From: Octopus sinensis
Taxonomy: Eukaryota
Assembly: GCF_006345805.1 (NCBI RefSeq)
Contig: NW_021832599.1
Location: 77,122 to 141,121 of the forward strand
Direction of reading: 5' to 3'
Length of the DNA stretch: 64,000 bases
The translations under genes were made by a program, and so were the position numbers. A model generated the notes under the pieces. That model saw only the letters and a list, made by a program, of their open reading frames with translations, searched no databases and was not told the DNA's origin. Below, one piece after another: positions 14,270 to 26,714 of this stretch. The stretch's first letter is position 1, and each line of letters starts with the position of its first letter.

Positions 14270-14578
14270 TGTGTGTGTGTGGTTTGTGTGCACAGCCCGA
14301 TGATGGCTCAGGTGGCCGAAATTTCGAAGTCCCTGTCAAATACTGTTCTTGTTAAAGAATGAAATATTTGTTCTCTACCAAACATATTGTGTAAGCCTCC
14401 AGTTTAATGTAAAATTATTTTTATTATAACATAAAAACAAACATTAATATCTTTATATATACATATATATATATATACACATATATACAAAAAGGGTGAA
14501 ATATAATTAATTTAATAAAATTAATAAATTTCACCTAGTAGTTTTATCGGTATGGAAAAGACCATATTTGGTAAGGAT

Positions 14579-14830
14579 TATATTAATTATAATAAAGAGT
14601 TAATTGCAACAAGTTGCTCAAAACCACATACCGAAAATATTAGAAATGGCAGCCGAATAGGTCACCATTTCTCCTACTCTTTACCATATACGGGTTGCAA
14701 ATTCTGGTTGTTTGTGGAGACTTTTTTACTAATAGGAGAAATGGTGACCTATTCGGCTGCCATTTCTAATATTTTCGGTATGTGGTTTTGAGCAACTTGT
14801 TGCAATAAACCCTTTATTATAATTAATATA
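14579..14830. repeat. Inverted repeat, 98-bp arms, 56-bp spacer
   Basis: 14579-14676 is the reverse complement of 14733-14830 apart from about 2 substitutions. Confidence 0.9.
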
Positions 14831-14984
14831 CATACACATAGATATATTTACACACATATGGACACACACACACATATACACACACATATACATACATTCG
14901 TGTGTATATGTCCATATGTACGTGCGTGCATGTCTGTGTGTAAGTGTATGTATGTATGCATGAATGTATGTATGTATATGTAAA

Positions 14985-15290
14985 TACCTTCCCCACTGTT
15001 TTGGAAACAGCGTGACAACACAACAGCAAAGTATATTATAAAGAGGCTGGGTGCATCAAGATCTCCTTGCTTTACTCCATTTTCCACGGCAAAAGATTCA
15101 GAGAACCAACCACTTAACTCTTGTTTCATATCTTGATGCAAAGCCCTGATCATGTTTACAAATTTTTCTTGGCAACCTATTTTCCTTAGAATTAACCACA
15201 GAGCATTTCGATTAAGAGTATCGAATGCTTCGCTAAAATCAAAGTCCACAAAGATCAGAACTTATCTGCAGCTCTTGGTGGTCCAAATCG
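14985..15290 (-). pseudogene. RTE (BovB-like) reverse transcriptase fragment
   Basis: DFSEAFDTLNRNALWLILRKIGCQEKFVNMIRALHQDM...GVKQGDLDAPSLF = RT motifs 3-4. Confidence 0.85.
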
Positions 15291-15374
15291 GATATGGAAT
15301 CTACGAGGGTTTCTTTTCAATATATATATATATATTTATTTATTTGTCTATGTATGTAACGATTTATGTTTGAG

Positions 15375-15790
15375 ATCTGATGTTTGTATTTGTAACTTTA
15401 ATCAGGTGTAGATATCATAGACATATTGAGCTGTTTTGCTCCAGCTTCTTGTATATTGATTTCCAAGCAACGTTTATGCTTTTAACGCTGTTGACATCGC
15501 TGTATTGAGTGGTACTGCACAGGTGTCGAAATTACATTCATATTTGTTTGACAGCTGATGATGGATGTATACATCTGATGGGCTTGTTGACTGTTAGCCT
15601 TCTCTATGTTGTGCTCTCCTGATTCTAAGTTGTCTTTCCTTGAAATTCTAGTGCTGGTAAGGTTTAATTTGTTTATGAGCTTTTGATTTATTGGGTTATA
15701 ATGGTTTTGTCATACATATTATATCACACAGACAATGGGTTATTGTCCTTCATAATGGTTCTAATTTTGATAAGCGTAAAACTTGCTCGC
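15375..15790 (-). pseudogene. Possible very old Penelope-like GIY-YIG fragment
   Basis: Weak by-eye similarity: ERQLRIRRAQHR, FDTCAV, KRCLEI in shifting frames. Confidence 0.3.
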
Positions 15791-15809
15791 GAGTTTCTAG
15801 TTTAAGGAA

Positions 15810-16340
15810 TCATATATATATACATACATACATACATACGTACATACATGCATGCATGCATACATACATACATACATACATACATGCATACATACATGCA
15901 TACATACATACATACATAAATATATACATACATACATAGATACATAGATACATACATACATACATACATGCATACATACATACATACATAAATACATACA
16001 TACATACATAGATACATACGTACATACATACATACATACATACATACATGCATACATACATGCATACATACATACATACATACATACATACATACATACA
16101 TACATACATACATACATACATACATGCATACATACATGCATACATACATACATAAATACATACATACATACATAGATACATACATACATACATACATACA
16201 TACATACATACATACATACATACATACATACATACATACATGCATGCATGCATACATACATGCATACATACATACATACATAAATACATACATACATACA
16301 TACATACATACATACATACATACATACATGCATGCATACG
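15810..16340. repeat. (CATA)n microsatellite
   Basis: Direct reading. Confidence 0.95.
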
Positions 16341-16879
16341 CACAGATATAATAGACAGATAAAAATATAAAGAGATAGATAAAGAGAGAGAGGGGGATGA
16401 GAGACAGACAAACAGGGAGAGATAGATTGATAGTATACGTATAAGCAGGTAAAAATACATTTACGTGTGTATATATATATGTGTGTGTGTGTGTATGTAT
16501 GTAATGTATGTATGTATTCATACATACACACATATGTATATACGTATGCATACATACACACACTTGTATATACAGTTATATATATAATATATTCAATTAC
16601 ATGTGTGTGCGTGTGTGTGTGTGTGTGTGTATAAACAGACATATATATACCACATTCTCACACACACACACTCATACAATCACACACACGCACACACACA
16701 TACACACAGGCACATATGGGATACGTCACATTTATTCAAAACACATAAGTCGATATCAAATACACCGTAAAACACATTCGTAGAAAAGCATAAAAAACCC
16801 GCCGAAACTTCGTGTCGACTCATTTCTTTCTTTTAAAAGATAGGAATAAATGACTTTTACGAATGAAATATATATTCAA

Positions 16880-17276
16880 CTAGCAGTATCGCCCGGCGTT
16901 GCTCGGGTTTGTAAGGGAAATAACTATATAAGCATTTTTAGAGAGTTATAGCAAAAAAATAGCAAAAAAATGCATTACAAATGGAAAAAAAATGATGGTA
17001 AATTTTTTTAAAATCGTTGACTCATCGTAGACATTTTTAGAGAGTTACTTCCCTTATATAATAGCGAAAAAATGCATTAAAATGGAAAAAAATTATGGTA
17101 ATTTTTTTTTTAAATCGTAGACTCATCGTAGACGCACGCTAATACCCAGACGGGCTCGATATGAATCACGACTATAAGATACCCGAATTTGGTTAAACTG
17201 TACCGCAAAATGTGGGAGTAGTTAGGAATCTAAATCGTAGGAGACAGACACACAACTTCACTTTTATATATAAAGA
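16880..17276 (-). mobile_element. Non-autonomous Helitron (~397 bp)
   Basis: 5' TC start, 3' CCCGAGCAACGCCGGG hairpin + CTAG end, inserted between A and T; near-identical copy at 47875-48270. Confidence 0.9.
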
Positions 17277-17939
17277 TATACGTTCAGGTCTTGGCGTAGA
17301 GTGGCATTATGAAAAAATACATCAAAGCGGAAAGTAATCGTTACTAATATTGTAAAATAAATTATAGTAATTTTAAAATAAGGAACAATCATTTTGAAAA
17401 CGAAATGCGGGTGCGCACATGCATGCGTGTGTGTATGTTCTTACGTTAAGCGTTCAACACGGAATCAATACTTGAACGGTGACGGCTCGTGTATAGGAAC
17501 TGCAGCACCCCCTATTTCCACTCGATTTATCGATGACATTCAATATAATGAGTCCTTTTTTCTTTAATTCTTTCTTTATACTTGTACTTTATATAATCCT
17601 TAAGCTTAATGTCAGTAGCTGTCCCCTAGTTTATGAAGAAAATACAAAAATCCTTGTATAGAACTGTGCACTTCACAGTTTCAGCGATGCGGTGTTTGGC
17701 TGTTGAGCGCATCCTCATATGCCCGAGATAGGAAGCTTCATGCTAGGGAGAGAGAGCACTGTGCTTCACGCAGTACCGACCCTGGTTTGCTGGTGAAAGG
17801 TAGTGTTCCTTTTTGACTCCGCGTGTGTTGTGCTTAAAAACGTGTTTATACTCTTGAGTGTGATAATGTGTAGAATTAGATTATTATCCTGCTTCCAGCT
17901 TCAGTATTGCTGCCAGGATTTGAAAAAACAGGGCAGATC

Positions 17940-18046
17940 CCCCCACCCCCGCCCTTATTTTGTGATTTGGAGGGATAGTTTGAAAAACAAGCGGGAATTT
18001 GCGGTGGTGTTCAGTAAACAAATTAAACACACTACCCGGAAGTGGC
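17940..18046. promoter_or_regulatory. Possible housekeeping-type promoter motif cluster
   Basis: CCCGCCC, GCGGGAA and ACTACCCGGAAGTG (Sp/E2F/ETS-like) in non-repeat sequence; motif presence only. Confidence 0.2.
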
Positions 18047-18117
18047 TAAAATGCAAACCTATCAAGTTTATGTATAGATATTCTTTTTATATGTTTGTTT
18101 CTTTTTACACGATATTC

Positions 18118-18497
18118 TTTTCTACTCTGGGCACAAGGCCCGAAATTTTGGGGGAGGGGGCACTCGATTAGATCAACCCCAGTACACAACTGGTACTTAA
18201 TTTATCGACCCCGAAAGGGTGAAAGGCAAAGTCGACCTCGGCGGAATTTGAACAGACGAAATACCTATTTCTTTACTACCCACAAGGGGCTAAACACAGA
18301 GGTGACAAACAAGGATAGACAAACGGATTAAGTCGATTATATCTACCCCAGTGCGTAACTGGTACTTAATTTATCGACCCCGAAAGGATGAAAGGCAAAG
18401 TCGACCTCGGCGGAATTTGAACTCAGAACGTAACGGCAGACGAAATACGGCTACGCATTTCGCCCGGCGTGCTAACGTTTCTGCCAGCTCGCCGCCC
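18118..18497 (-). mobile_element. SINE family A dimer (tail type 1 unit, then tail type 2 unit)
   Basis: Head at 18497, two cores, ends CAAAATTTCGGGCCTTGTGCCCAGAGTAGAAAAAGAATA. Confidence 0.9.
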
Positions 18498-18617
18498 TTC
18501 CTTTTAAACAATATTAAAGCAACGGCTGAAAATTTTCTGAAGCAGCCCCCCCCCCCACCACTAATTTTATCTACGAGCCACCACTACATTTGAATGTTTT
18601 AATATCTTTGATGGTAA

Positions 18618-18835
18618 CAAGGCAGCGATCTGGCAGAAACGTTAGCACGCCGGGCGAAATGCTTAACAGTATTTCGTCTGTCTTTACGTTCTGGGTTTAA
18701 ATTCCGCCGGGGTCGACTTTAGCTTTCATCCTTTCGGATAAATTAAGTACCAGTTGCGTCCTGGGCTCGATCTAATCGACCGGAACCCCTCTCCCAAAAT
18801 TTCGGACCTTGCACCTAGAGTAGGAAAGGATATCT
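18618..18835 (+). mobile_element. SINE family A monomer, tail type 2
   Basis: Head, core and AAATTTCGGACCTTGCACCTAGAGTAG tail. Confidence 0.85.
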
Positions 18836-19167
18836 TTACTGGTAATAAACAGTGATTCGTAATTGTGACACGCATTCACAAACCTTATGGGTGGAGTATG
18901 GTCAGATTTAGCCAATGACCTGACTCATATTTTTTGACCCATGATGAATAAGAGGCAAGGTTGACCGTGGCGAGGTTTAACCACAGAAGCTAAAGGAACG
19001 AAGGTAGATACACAGTCTTATTCTATACTCCCTTAGGGCTTCACTTACCCTGCCGTGCGCTGTACATGTTTCCCCAGTAGTAACTCTTTCTAGCACAGGC
19101 ATTCGACCAGAGCCATTTAATATTCAGTGGATGCTAGTACTAGACTGAAACTCAACCCTTTTCTTAC

Positions 19168-19417
19168 CATGGGCCTGGGAACTGGGGGTATAGGGGTGCA
19201 AGTGCAACCCCTAGAATTTTTGTGGGGTGCAAATAAAAGAAAAATTGCACCCCTACTTACTTTTCTCGGGTTTAGAAAACTGAATAAAACGTCATCTGTA
19301 AAAATTGGCCCGAAGTTGGGTTTCTTAGCAAGGAACAATCATAAATAGAAATAATAATAAAATCTTGCTTGTAAAGATTTTGGACCCCGCTCAGCAAATT
19401 TCTTTCCCGAGCCAGTG
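19168..19417. mobile_element. Probable hAT-type MITE
   Basis: Imperfect 14-bp TIRs (CATGGGCCTGGGAA / TTCCCGAGCCAGTG); flanking 8-mers TTTCTTAC and TTTGTTAT match at 6 of 8. Confidence 0.4.
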
Positions 19418-19566
19418 TTTGTTATTACATTTTAGTTGAAACGCGTTGCCCTTGTTTCAGTTGATTTTTAAAATTATGAAAAATTTTGTAAAGAAACCTC
19501 GTTATTAGTAAGTTCGCATTTGGAACACGAATTAGCATGAAATTTTTGGTATATCTTAATTTAGTC

Positions 19567-19850
19567 CAGTGGTTCCCAAAGAATGCGATACTGCGCCCTT
19601 CGGGGCTGTGGAAAGATCTGGGAAGACGGCGAAATAAAATGAGACGATAATGGGGTAGCCAAAAAGGGATGGTGGATGTAAAAATAATGGGTTAATAAGG
19701 TTAAGTTTTATTTTTGAAATACAGTTGTTTTGAATTTGCTTCAATTCGTGATCTACGTTTGTGGTGGGTAATGGAGGGTGGGGGTGATAGGAATGTGGCG
19801 CGGGTGCCAGGGTCGCAGCAACCCCCCCAAAAAATGTTTAGGAACCATTA
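19567..19850. mobile_element. hAT (Charlie-type) MITE
   Basis: CAGTGGTTCCCAAA ... TTTAGGAACCATTA TIRs; TTTAG-containing 8-bp flanks. Confidence 0.75.
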
Positions 19851-19929
19851 GTTTAGAACATCTTAAAACAAGAAATTCGTATCACAGAACCAAGAGCAGT
19901 CTTAATCAGGTTGGTAGCAAAAAAGTTTT

Positions 19930-20161
19930 TAAAAAAATAATAAATGCGCCCTTTTAAAGCCTAGTCAGGCTCACGGGCCCGGTTTCCCGGTTTCAATAGC
20001 GTATGTGTTCCCCAGCTGGATGGGACGCCAGTCCATCACAGCGTTACTCATTTTTGCCAGCTGAGTGGACTGGAGCAACGTGAAATGAAGTGTTTTGCTC
20101 AAGAACACAACGCGTTGCCCGGTCCAGGAATCGAAACCACAATCTTACGATCATGATGCTG
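19930..20161 (-). mobile_element. tRNA-derived SINE family C
   Basis: Reverse complement of 2689-2935. Confidence 0.75.
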
Positions 20162-20550
20162 AAAAAAGTTAAATAGTCTATCTTAATTAATTATTGAGTA
20201 TCCAGAATATCATTTTAAAGAAAACTATTTTGTGACATTTATGTTTATATTTTATGGTTACCGCTAATATTGTCCTAAAAAAGCCATCGGGTTGCGTAGA
20301 TTGTATATCATCTATTAATGTTGATTTATGTATTAACAACTTCTAAGTTTAAACATTTTGACAGTTCATTTAGATATCAATGAATCATTACTTATCTCTA
20401 TGCTTGTTTATTATTCTGAACAATGTAATTTCGATAAATATTCCGCTTTTTTCTTCAATTAACGTTTTCGTACATTTGTCCTTTCTCCAGTTTCGTTTCG
20501 ACCAATGCAATTCGACGAGCACTCTTACAAACATTTATTTACTGAAAGCG

Positions 20551-20581
<31 letters not shown>

Positions 20582-20661
20582 TGTGTGTGTGTGTGTGTGG
20601 ATTGTAAAAAGCATAAATCCGAAAAAAGAAGCGCACTCTAAGATGTAGAACAATATTTATT

Positions 20662-20908
20662 AAAAACGGGGAAGGCCGGTTTATGGGTCTACCTAAGGTT
20701 TCCCGTCCATAAACGATGGAACTTTATGGCGTATCGTCAGATACCAAAATTCTGTTGGAGCATGATCTCTTAAGAATATGGAGTTCCATATTTTTAAGAA
20801 GTCATGGGCCAACAGGTTTTTGGGGATCTGACGATACGCCATAAAGTTCAACCCTCTATGGACGGGAAACCTAAGGTAATCCCATAAACCTGTCTTTCCC
20901 ATTTTTAA
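20662..20908. repeat. ~250-bp imperfect palindrome (fold-back element)
   Basis: Arms roughly 80% complementary, centred on AATATGGA-GT-TCCATATT at about 20781. Confidence 0.85.
20814..20891 (+). ncRNA. Candidate type I hammerhead ribozyme (irregular stem II)
   Basis: Stem I AGGTTT-TTG-GGGAT / ATCCC-AT-AAACCT; core CTGACGA (20828-34) and GAAA (20866-69); stem III ACC-TAA-GGT; GUA triplet. Stem II CGCCATA/TATGG(A)CG lacks the canonical G-C closing pair. Confidence 0.55.
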
Positions 20909-20914
20909 TTTTTG

Positions 20915-21300
20915 GCAGAGAAACTTGAGCCGTGACTGCTGAGGACATGCGTGAGCTTGCAAGGAGTGAAGCCAGTATGCTCCGATGGATGTGTAATGTC
21001 AGTGTGCATACTTGACAGAGTGTAAGTATCTTGAGAGAAAAATTGGACTTAAGAAGCATCAGATGTGGTGTGCAAGAGAGACGACTGTGCTGGTATGGTC
21101 ATGTGGCGAGAATGGATGTGGATAGCTGTGTGAAAAAGTGCCACACCCTAGCAGTTGAGGGAACCTGTGGAAGAGGTAGATCCAGGAAGACCTAGGATGA
21201 GGTGGTGAAGCACAACCTTCGAACATTGGGTCTCACCGAGGCAATGACTAGTGACTTTGGAAATATGATGTGCTTGAGAAGACTTGGCAAGCGCAAGTGA
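20915..21300 (+). pseudogene. RTE-X LINE 3' coding fragment
   Basis: AVTAEDMRELARSEASMLRWMCNV...ERRLCWYGHVARM...GRGRSRKT.DEVV = RTE C-terminus. Confidence 0.85.
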
Positions 21301-21429
21301 GACCATAACCTTGTGGCTTACGCCAGGGGTGTAACCAGCCCACTTATGCGTACCTTTCCTTCATTGGACACTAAACTCTGCTTGCGAAGACCTGTTGAGG
21401 CAAGTGAAATCGAAATCGAAATCAAATTT

Positions 21430-21685
21430 GATGACTGGCATCTGTTGCTAGTTGAGCGCTAAGAGTACCATACAAGCTGGCCTCCATGCCGGTGGTACGT
21501 AAAAGCACCCACTACACTCTCGGAGTGATTGGCGTTAGGAAGGGCATCCAGCTGTAGAAACTCTGCCAGATCAGATTGGAGTCTGGTGCAGCCATCTGGT
21601 TCGTCAGACCTCAGTAAAATCGTCCAACCCATGCTAGCATGGAAAGCGGACATTAAACGATGATGATGATGATGATGATGATGAT
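21430..21685 (+). mobile_element. 3' end of an RTE-type retroposon with (GAT)n tail
   Basis: GGCGTTAGGAAGGGCATCCAGC...CATGGAAAGCGGACATTAAACGATGATGATG. Confidence 0.6.
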
Positions 21686-21691
21686 ATATGC

Positions 21692-21744
<53 letters not shown>

Positions 21745-21989
21745 TATATACCAAAAATTAATTTGCGAAGGTGTCATTAATTCTATTATTATCCAATGTA
21801 TCTATTTTAAAAAATGATAATAACACAGACGATAACAGGCCAAAAATAGCATCAAATAACCGTGGGATTAAAATTAATCAAAGGACATACTAAGTATGTC
21901 TACCTGCTTGAAATAACAGTCAAGTTTTGACTGTTATTTCAAGCAAGTAGACATACCTAGTATGTCCTTTGATTAATTTTAATATATAT

Positions 21990-22148
21990 ATATACGACAG
22001 GTTTCTTTGAGTTTCCGTCTACCAAAGGATTTGGTTGACTCGAGGCTATAATAAAAGATACTTACCTAAGGTGAACACGTAGTGGGACTGAACCTGGGTC
22101 CATGTGGTTGGAAAGCAAGCTTCTCACAACACAGCCACTCCTGCGCCT
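21990..22148 (-). mobile_element. SINE family B, 5' half
   Basis: Reverse complement of the head. Confidence 0.8.
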
Positions 22149-22311
22149 CTGTGTGTGTGTGTGTGTGTGCGTGTGTACATCCATATATGTATATACATTT
22201 ATCTAAAGCGAGCTTAATCCTGTTTATCTTATGTGCGTCAGCTAATCCGAAAGTGAGCCAAGGCATTCTATTGCGAAGATTACTCGGTAGCGACGGCATA
22301 ATCATCTAGTA

Positions 22312-22512
22312 TACTCTCTTACTCTTTTACTTGTTTCAGTCATTTGACTGCGGCCATGCTGGAGCACCGCCTTTAGTCGAGCAAATCGACCCCGGGATTT
22401 ATTCTTTGTAAGCCCAGTACTTATTCTATCGGTTTGTTTTGCCGAACCGCTAAGTGACGGGGACATAAACACACAAGCATCGGTTGTCAAGCAATATACA
22501 AACACACACACG

Positions 22513-22550
<38 letters not shown>

Positions 22551-22717
22551 CATACGACGGGCTTCTTTCAGTTTCCGTCTACCAAATCCACTCACAAGGT
22601 TTGGTCGGCCCGAGGCTATAGTAGAAGACACTTGCCCAAGGTGCCACGCAGTGGGACTGAACCCGGAACCATGTGGTTGGTAAACAAGCTACTTACCACA
22701 CAGCCACTCCTGCGCCT
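22312..22717 (-). mobile_element. SINE family B, full length
   Basis: Reverse complement of 8089-8501. Confidence 0.9.
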
Positions 22718-22872
22718 ATCAAGTATATATTAATATATATAGACGAATCAAAAATAAAAGCAGAATTAAAAATAAAATTAATCGGCTGACAATCATACAT
22801 ACAGTATACACACGCGCGTACACACCCACATACACACACACACATACACACACACACATACACACACATACA

Positions 22873-22908
<36 letters not shown>

Positions 22909-22911
22909 TAA

Positions 22912-23130
22912 ACACACCTGTAATTATTGGGTTCTCGGATATGTACCACACTGCCTAAATACCAAGTAGGAAGCTAATTCGAAGACTACAGATCCAATCC
23001 ATCACTGGAACTGTAAAAATCTGTAAAACTTTCTAGAAGTTTATCATTTAAATGTATATGAGCATATCTAGATATGTAACTATATGCATGAGATTACATA
23101 CATAAAACATACAAATTTGCACATACAAAC
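22912..23130 (+). mobile_element. R4/Dong-like LINE 3' fragment
   Basis: Homologous to 25315-25560 with internal deletions. Confidence 0.8.
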
Positions 23131-23470
23131 ATACATACATACATACATACATACATACATACATACATACATACATACATACATACATACATACATGCAT
23201 GCATGCATACATACATACATACATACATACATACATACATACATACATGCATGCATGCATACATACATACATAATAATACATATATACATACATACAAAC
23301 ATACACACATACATATATACATACATACACACACACATACATACATACATACATACATACACAATACATACATACATACATACATACATACATACATGCA
23401 TGCATGCATGCATGCATACATACATACATACATACATACATACATACATACATACATACATACATACATA
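23120..23470. repeat. (CATA)n microsatellite
   Basis: Direct reading. Confidence 0.95.
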
Positions 23471-23750
23471 AATACAGACAGACGAACAGACATACCTCAC
23501 TCATTAAGCTAGAAGGCCTTCAACTTAATAAAGTTCCCGTGAGAATAGTCACAATTCATGAAACTCAAACTTATGATCAAATTTACATACACTACTTTAA
23601 ATATGGAGACACTTTTCCTATTTCCGAAATAAGACTTCATCAATCCATGTGTGTATGTGCGTGCATGTGTGTTGATTCGTTAATATATATTTTCAGTATC
23701 ATATTTTGTTCATAGGGGGATTGTAGCTTATACTTATTATAATGCTTACA

Positions 23751-25693
23751 TCGTGGGCTATCATCTTGAAATTAAACACAAAGAATGACTGTATTAACAC
23801 AAATAGAATATAGTATCGCAAAGACATATTCCAAGGGGACAGCCTCTCTGTGATGTTGTTTATACTTTCTGTAAACCCCTTGTCATTCATGTTAAGGAAG
23901 TCTGAAGGATATCTCCCTGGTTCACAAGGTAACAGAAATACCAAAATTACTCACTGTTCCTTTGTGAATGACTTAAAACTTTATGCAAAGAATATGCATC
24001 AAATGATAAAGAGCCTTGATCTAGTTACAACATTTTCTAAAGATGCAGGGCTGGAGTTTGGTCAGGATAAATATTGTTATATGGTTGTGAAAATGGGGAA
24101 AAATATAAACCAGACTAGTAACATCTCCATCAATGATTTGACTGTTTCCCTTGTAAATGACGAGGAATGTTACAGGTATCTTGGGGTGGATGAAAATATA
24201 TCTTACAATAGCATCTGTAACAAAACACATGTCACTAAAGAATATTACAGCCGAATAAAGAAAATTTGAACCTCAGAACTCTCTGCATTAAATAAAACGG
24301 TGGCCCACAATGTGTTTGCAATGCCAGTACTCATACCAACATTTGGGCTGCTTGATTGGACGCTTGGTGAAATCTGAGCCATTGATGTGAAAACCCCCAT
24401 ACATATAATTTCCACATAAAATGACGTAGACCACCTCTACCTAAAATGAAAATAAAGCCGCAGAGGTTTGATATCAATCCAAAATGCCTTTGAATGTCGC
24501 ATCATATCCCTTCGGCAACATCTTTTAACAACCAAACGTCGAAGTGCATCCCTTGACCGAGTTGCCATACATGAGGCTGATAACATCATAAGACTTGGAA
24601 GGCAGCTCCTTGAGCAACACTCTTTGTCTGATAACCTAGAATACATGCCCAAGGAAGCCGCGCGACTCTACTACAACATATCTTCTGGTGAAAGGATGAG
24701 CTTCTATGAGCAGAAGTCTATGCATGGATATGTCAGTAGAAAGCTCCTAGATGATAATAACATTGATTATCAAAGCAGTTTATCATGGACAAACAACCGG
24801 ATTACTACTTCCCGCTTTGAAGGGTATGCGTTTGCAATCCAGGAACAGGAAATATCAATCAAGTACCTGATGCACAAAAGGAATAGAGTTGCAGGAAAAG
24901 CAGTAAAATGTGACAACCTATCCAGACTTTGTGGAGTTCACATTGAAGATATCACCCACATCATAAGCAGTTATCTGAAAATATCATCACGGTATTATCT
25001 ACCGATGAGACATGATGTTGTAGCTAGGATAATCCCGAGGACAAAGAAATAAGAACCCACAGTATGGTAGAAGCCATAGCCACTCATAATAAAAAGGAAC
25101 GCTGGTGGAATGTTCCAGTGAAGACCTCAATAAAATGTAAGCACAATAGACCTGATATAATGATTTGGGATAGAGAAGAGAAACTGTGCACAATTGTGGA
25201 AATTAGCTACCCAGCGGATGTTAACATAAAGCTGAAGATCAGTGAAAAAGAGAACACCTACGCTGAATTATTGAGAAATCTGCAGTTACTCTATCCATAT
25301 TACAAGTTCAGGTTTATACCTGTAATTATTGGGGCCATGGGATATGTAACACACTGCTTAAATACCAATCTTGAGAAATTAGGCTTCTCAAAACCAGAAA
25401 GGAGAAATCTAATTCGAAGACTACTGATCCAATCTATCACTAGAACTGTAAAAATCTGTCAAACTTTCCAGAAGTTTATCATTTAAATATATATGAGTAT
25501 ATCTAGATATGCAACTATATGCACATAAAACATACAAATCTGCATATACATACATACATACATACATACAAAAAACCCTGTTATTGATGTTGAAATTCCA
25601 CTGAAGGAGCCTTGGATCTAGGTTAGAAACCGGTTCTTTCTCTATTGGCAAGAAATCTTGAAATAACACTGAATAATGACATACATACATACA
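23751..25693 (+). mobile_element. 5'-truncated R4/Dong-like non-LTR retrotransposon (RT + C-terminal restriction-like endonuclease), decayed
   Basis: IFQGDSLS, HCSFVNDLKLYAK (YADD equivalent), YRYLGV, RGLISIQ, RLCGVHIEDITHIISS, RHDVVAR, WWNVPVKTSIKCKHNRPDIMIWD...IVEISYP (RLE PD-D/E motif); stop at 25486. Confidence 0.85.
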
Positions 25694-26321
25694 TGAAACT
25701 GAAGTGCTTTGAATTGTAATTCTCGTTTCATTATTTCGATTGTTCACACGAGTTTGAACAATGCATTTGCAACTCGAACTAACGATCAAATTTACATACT
25801 CTACTTTAAATATGGAGACACTTTTCCTATTTCCGAAATAAAACTTCATCAATGCACGAATGTGTGTGCGTGCGTGCATGCATGCGTGTGTGCGTGCGTG
25901 TGTGTTGATTCGTTAATATATATTTTCAGTATCATATTTTGTTCATAGGGGGATTGTAGCTTATACTTACTATAATGCTTACAAACTAGGACACAGCTGA
26001 GTTTTCTCGTCTAATTTGCATAACAATACATACGCTGGCAAAGTGGATAATTAATTAATTCATTTATAATTAATGCATCACACAGCGCGTTTTTGGTTAA
26101 TTTGAAATGTAATGTAATTTATATCCTTTTGATAAGCAAATAACTGGTGTGAAAGATAAACGAAGCCATTATACCTGAGGATCTTTTTTCTCTCCAGGTG
26201 CAGGATAAACAGGAAAAAACCCCTATGTTCATTATAAAAGATATATATAAGTGTGTGTGTGCACGCACGCACGCGTACGTGCATGTGTGTATGTATATGT
26301 ATGTATGTCATTATCCAGTCA

Positions 26322-26706
26322 GGTGGAGGCGCAATGGCCCAGTGGTTAGAGCAGCGGACTCGCGGTCATAAGATCGCGGTTTCGATTCCCAGACCGGGCG
26401 TTGTGAGTGTTTATTGAGCGAAAACACCTAAAGCTCCACGAGGCTCCGGCAGGGGATGGTGGTGATCCCTGCTGTACTCTTTCACCACAACTTTCTCTCA
26501 CTCTTACTTCCTGTTTCTGTTGTACCTGTATTTCAAAGGGCCGGCCTTGTCACTCTCTGTGTCACGCTGAATATCCCCCAAGAACTACGTTAAGAGTACA
26601 CGTGTCTGTGGAGTGCTCAGCCACTTACACGTTAATTTCACGAGCAGGCTGTTCCGTTGATCGGATCAACCGGAACCCTCGTCGTCGTAACCGACGGAGT
26701 GCTTCC
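26322..26706 (+). mobile_element. tRNA-derived SINE family D
   Basis: A box TGGCCCAGTGG, B box GGTTTCGATTCC; tail homologous to 58770-58865. Confidence 0.8.
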
Positions 26707-26714
26707 ACATTATC

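Noticed and set aside
15555-15590. Isolated CTGANGA matches (also near 5634, 21600, 25233, 26175 and 62945)
   Set aside because: No correctly placed GAAA with stems I and III; expected by chance.
26322-26400. tRNA genes at SINE heads (also 8089, 11823, 49502 and others)
   Set aside because: A/B boxes are present, but there is no closed acceptor stem or nearby terminator and each continues into a SINE body.
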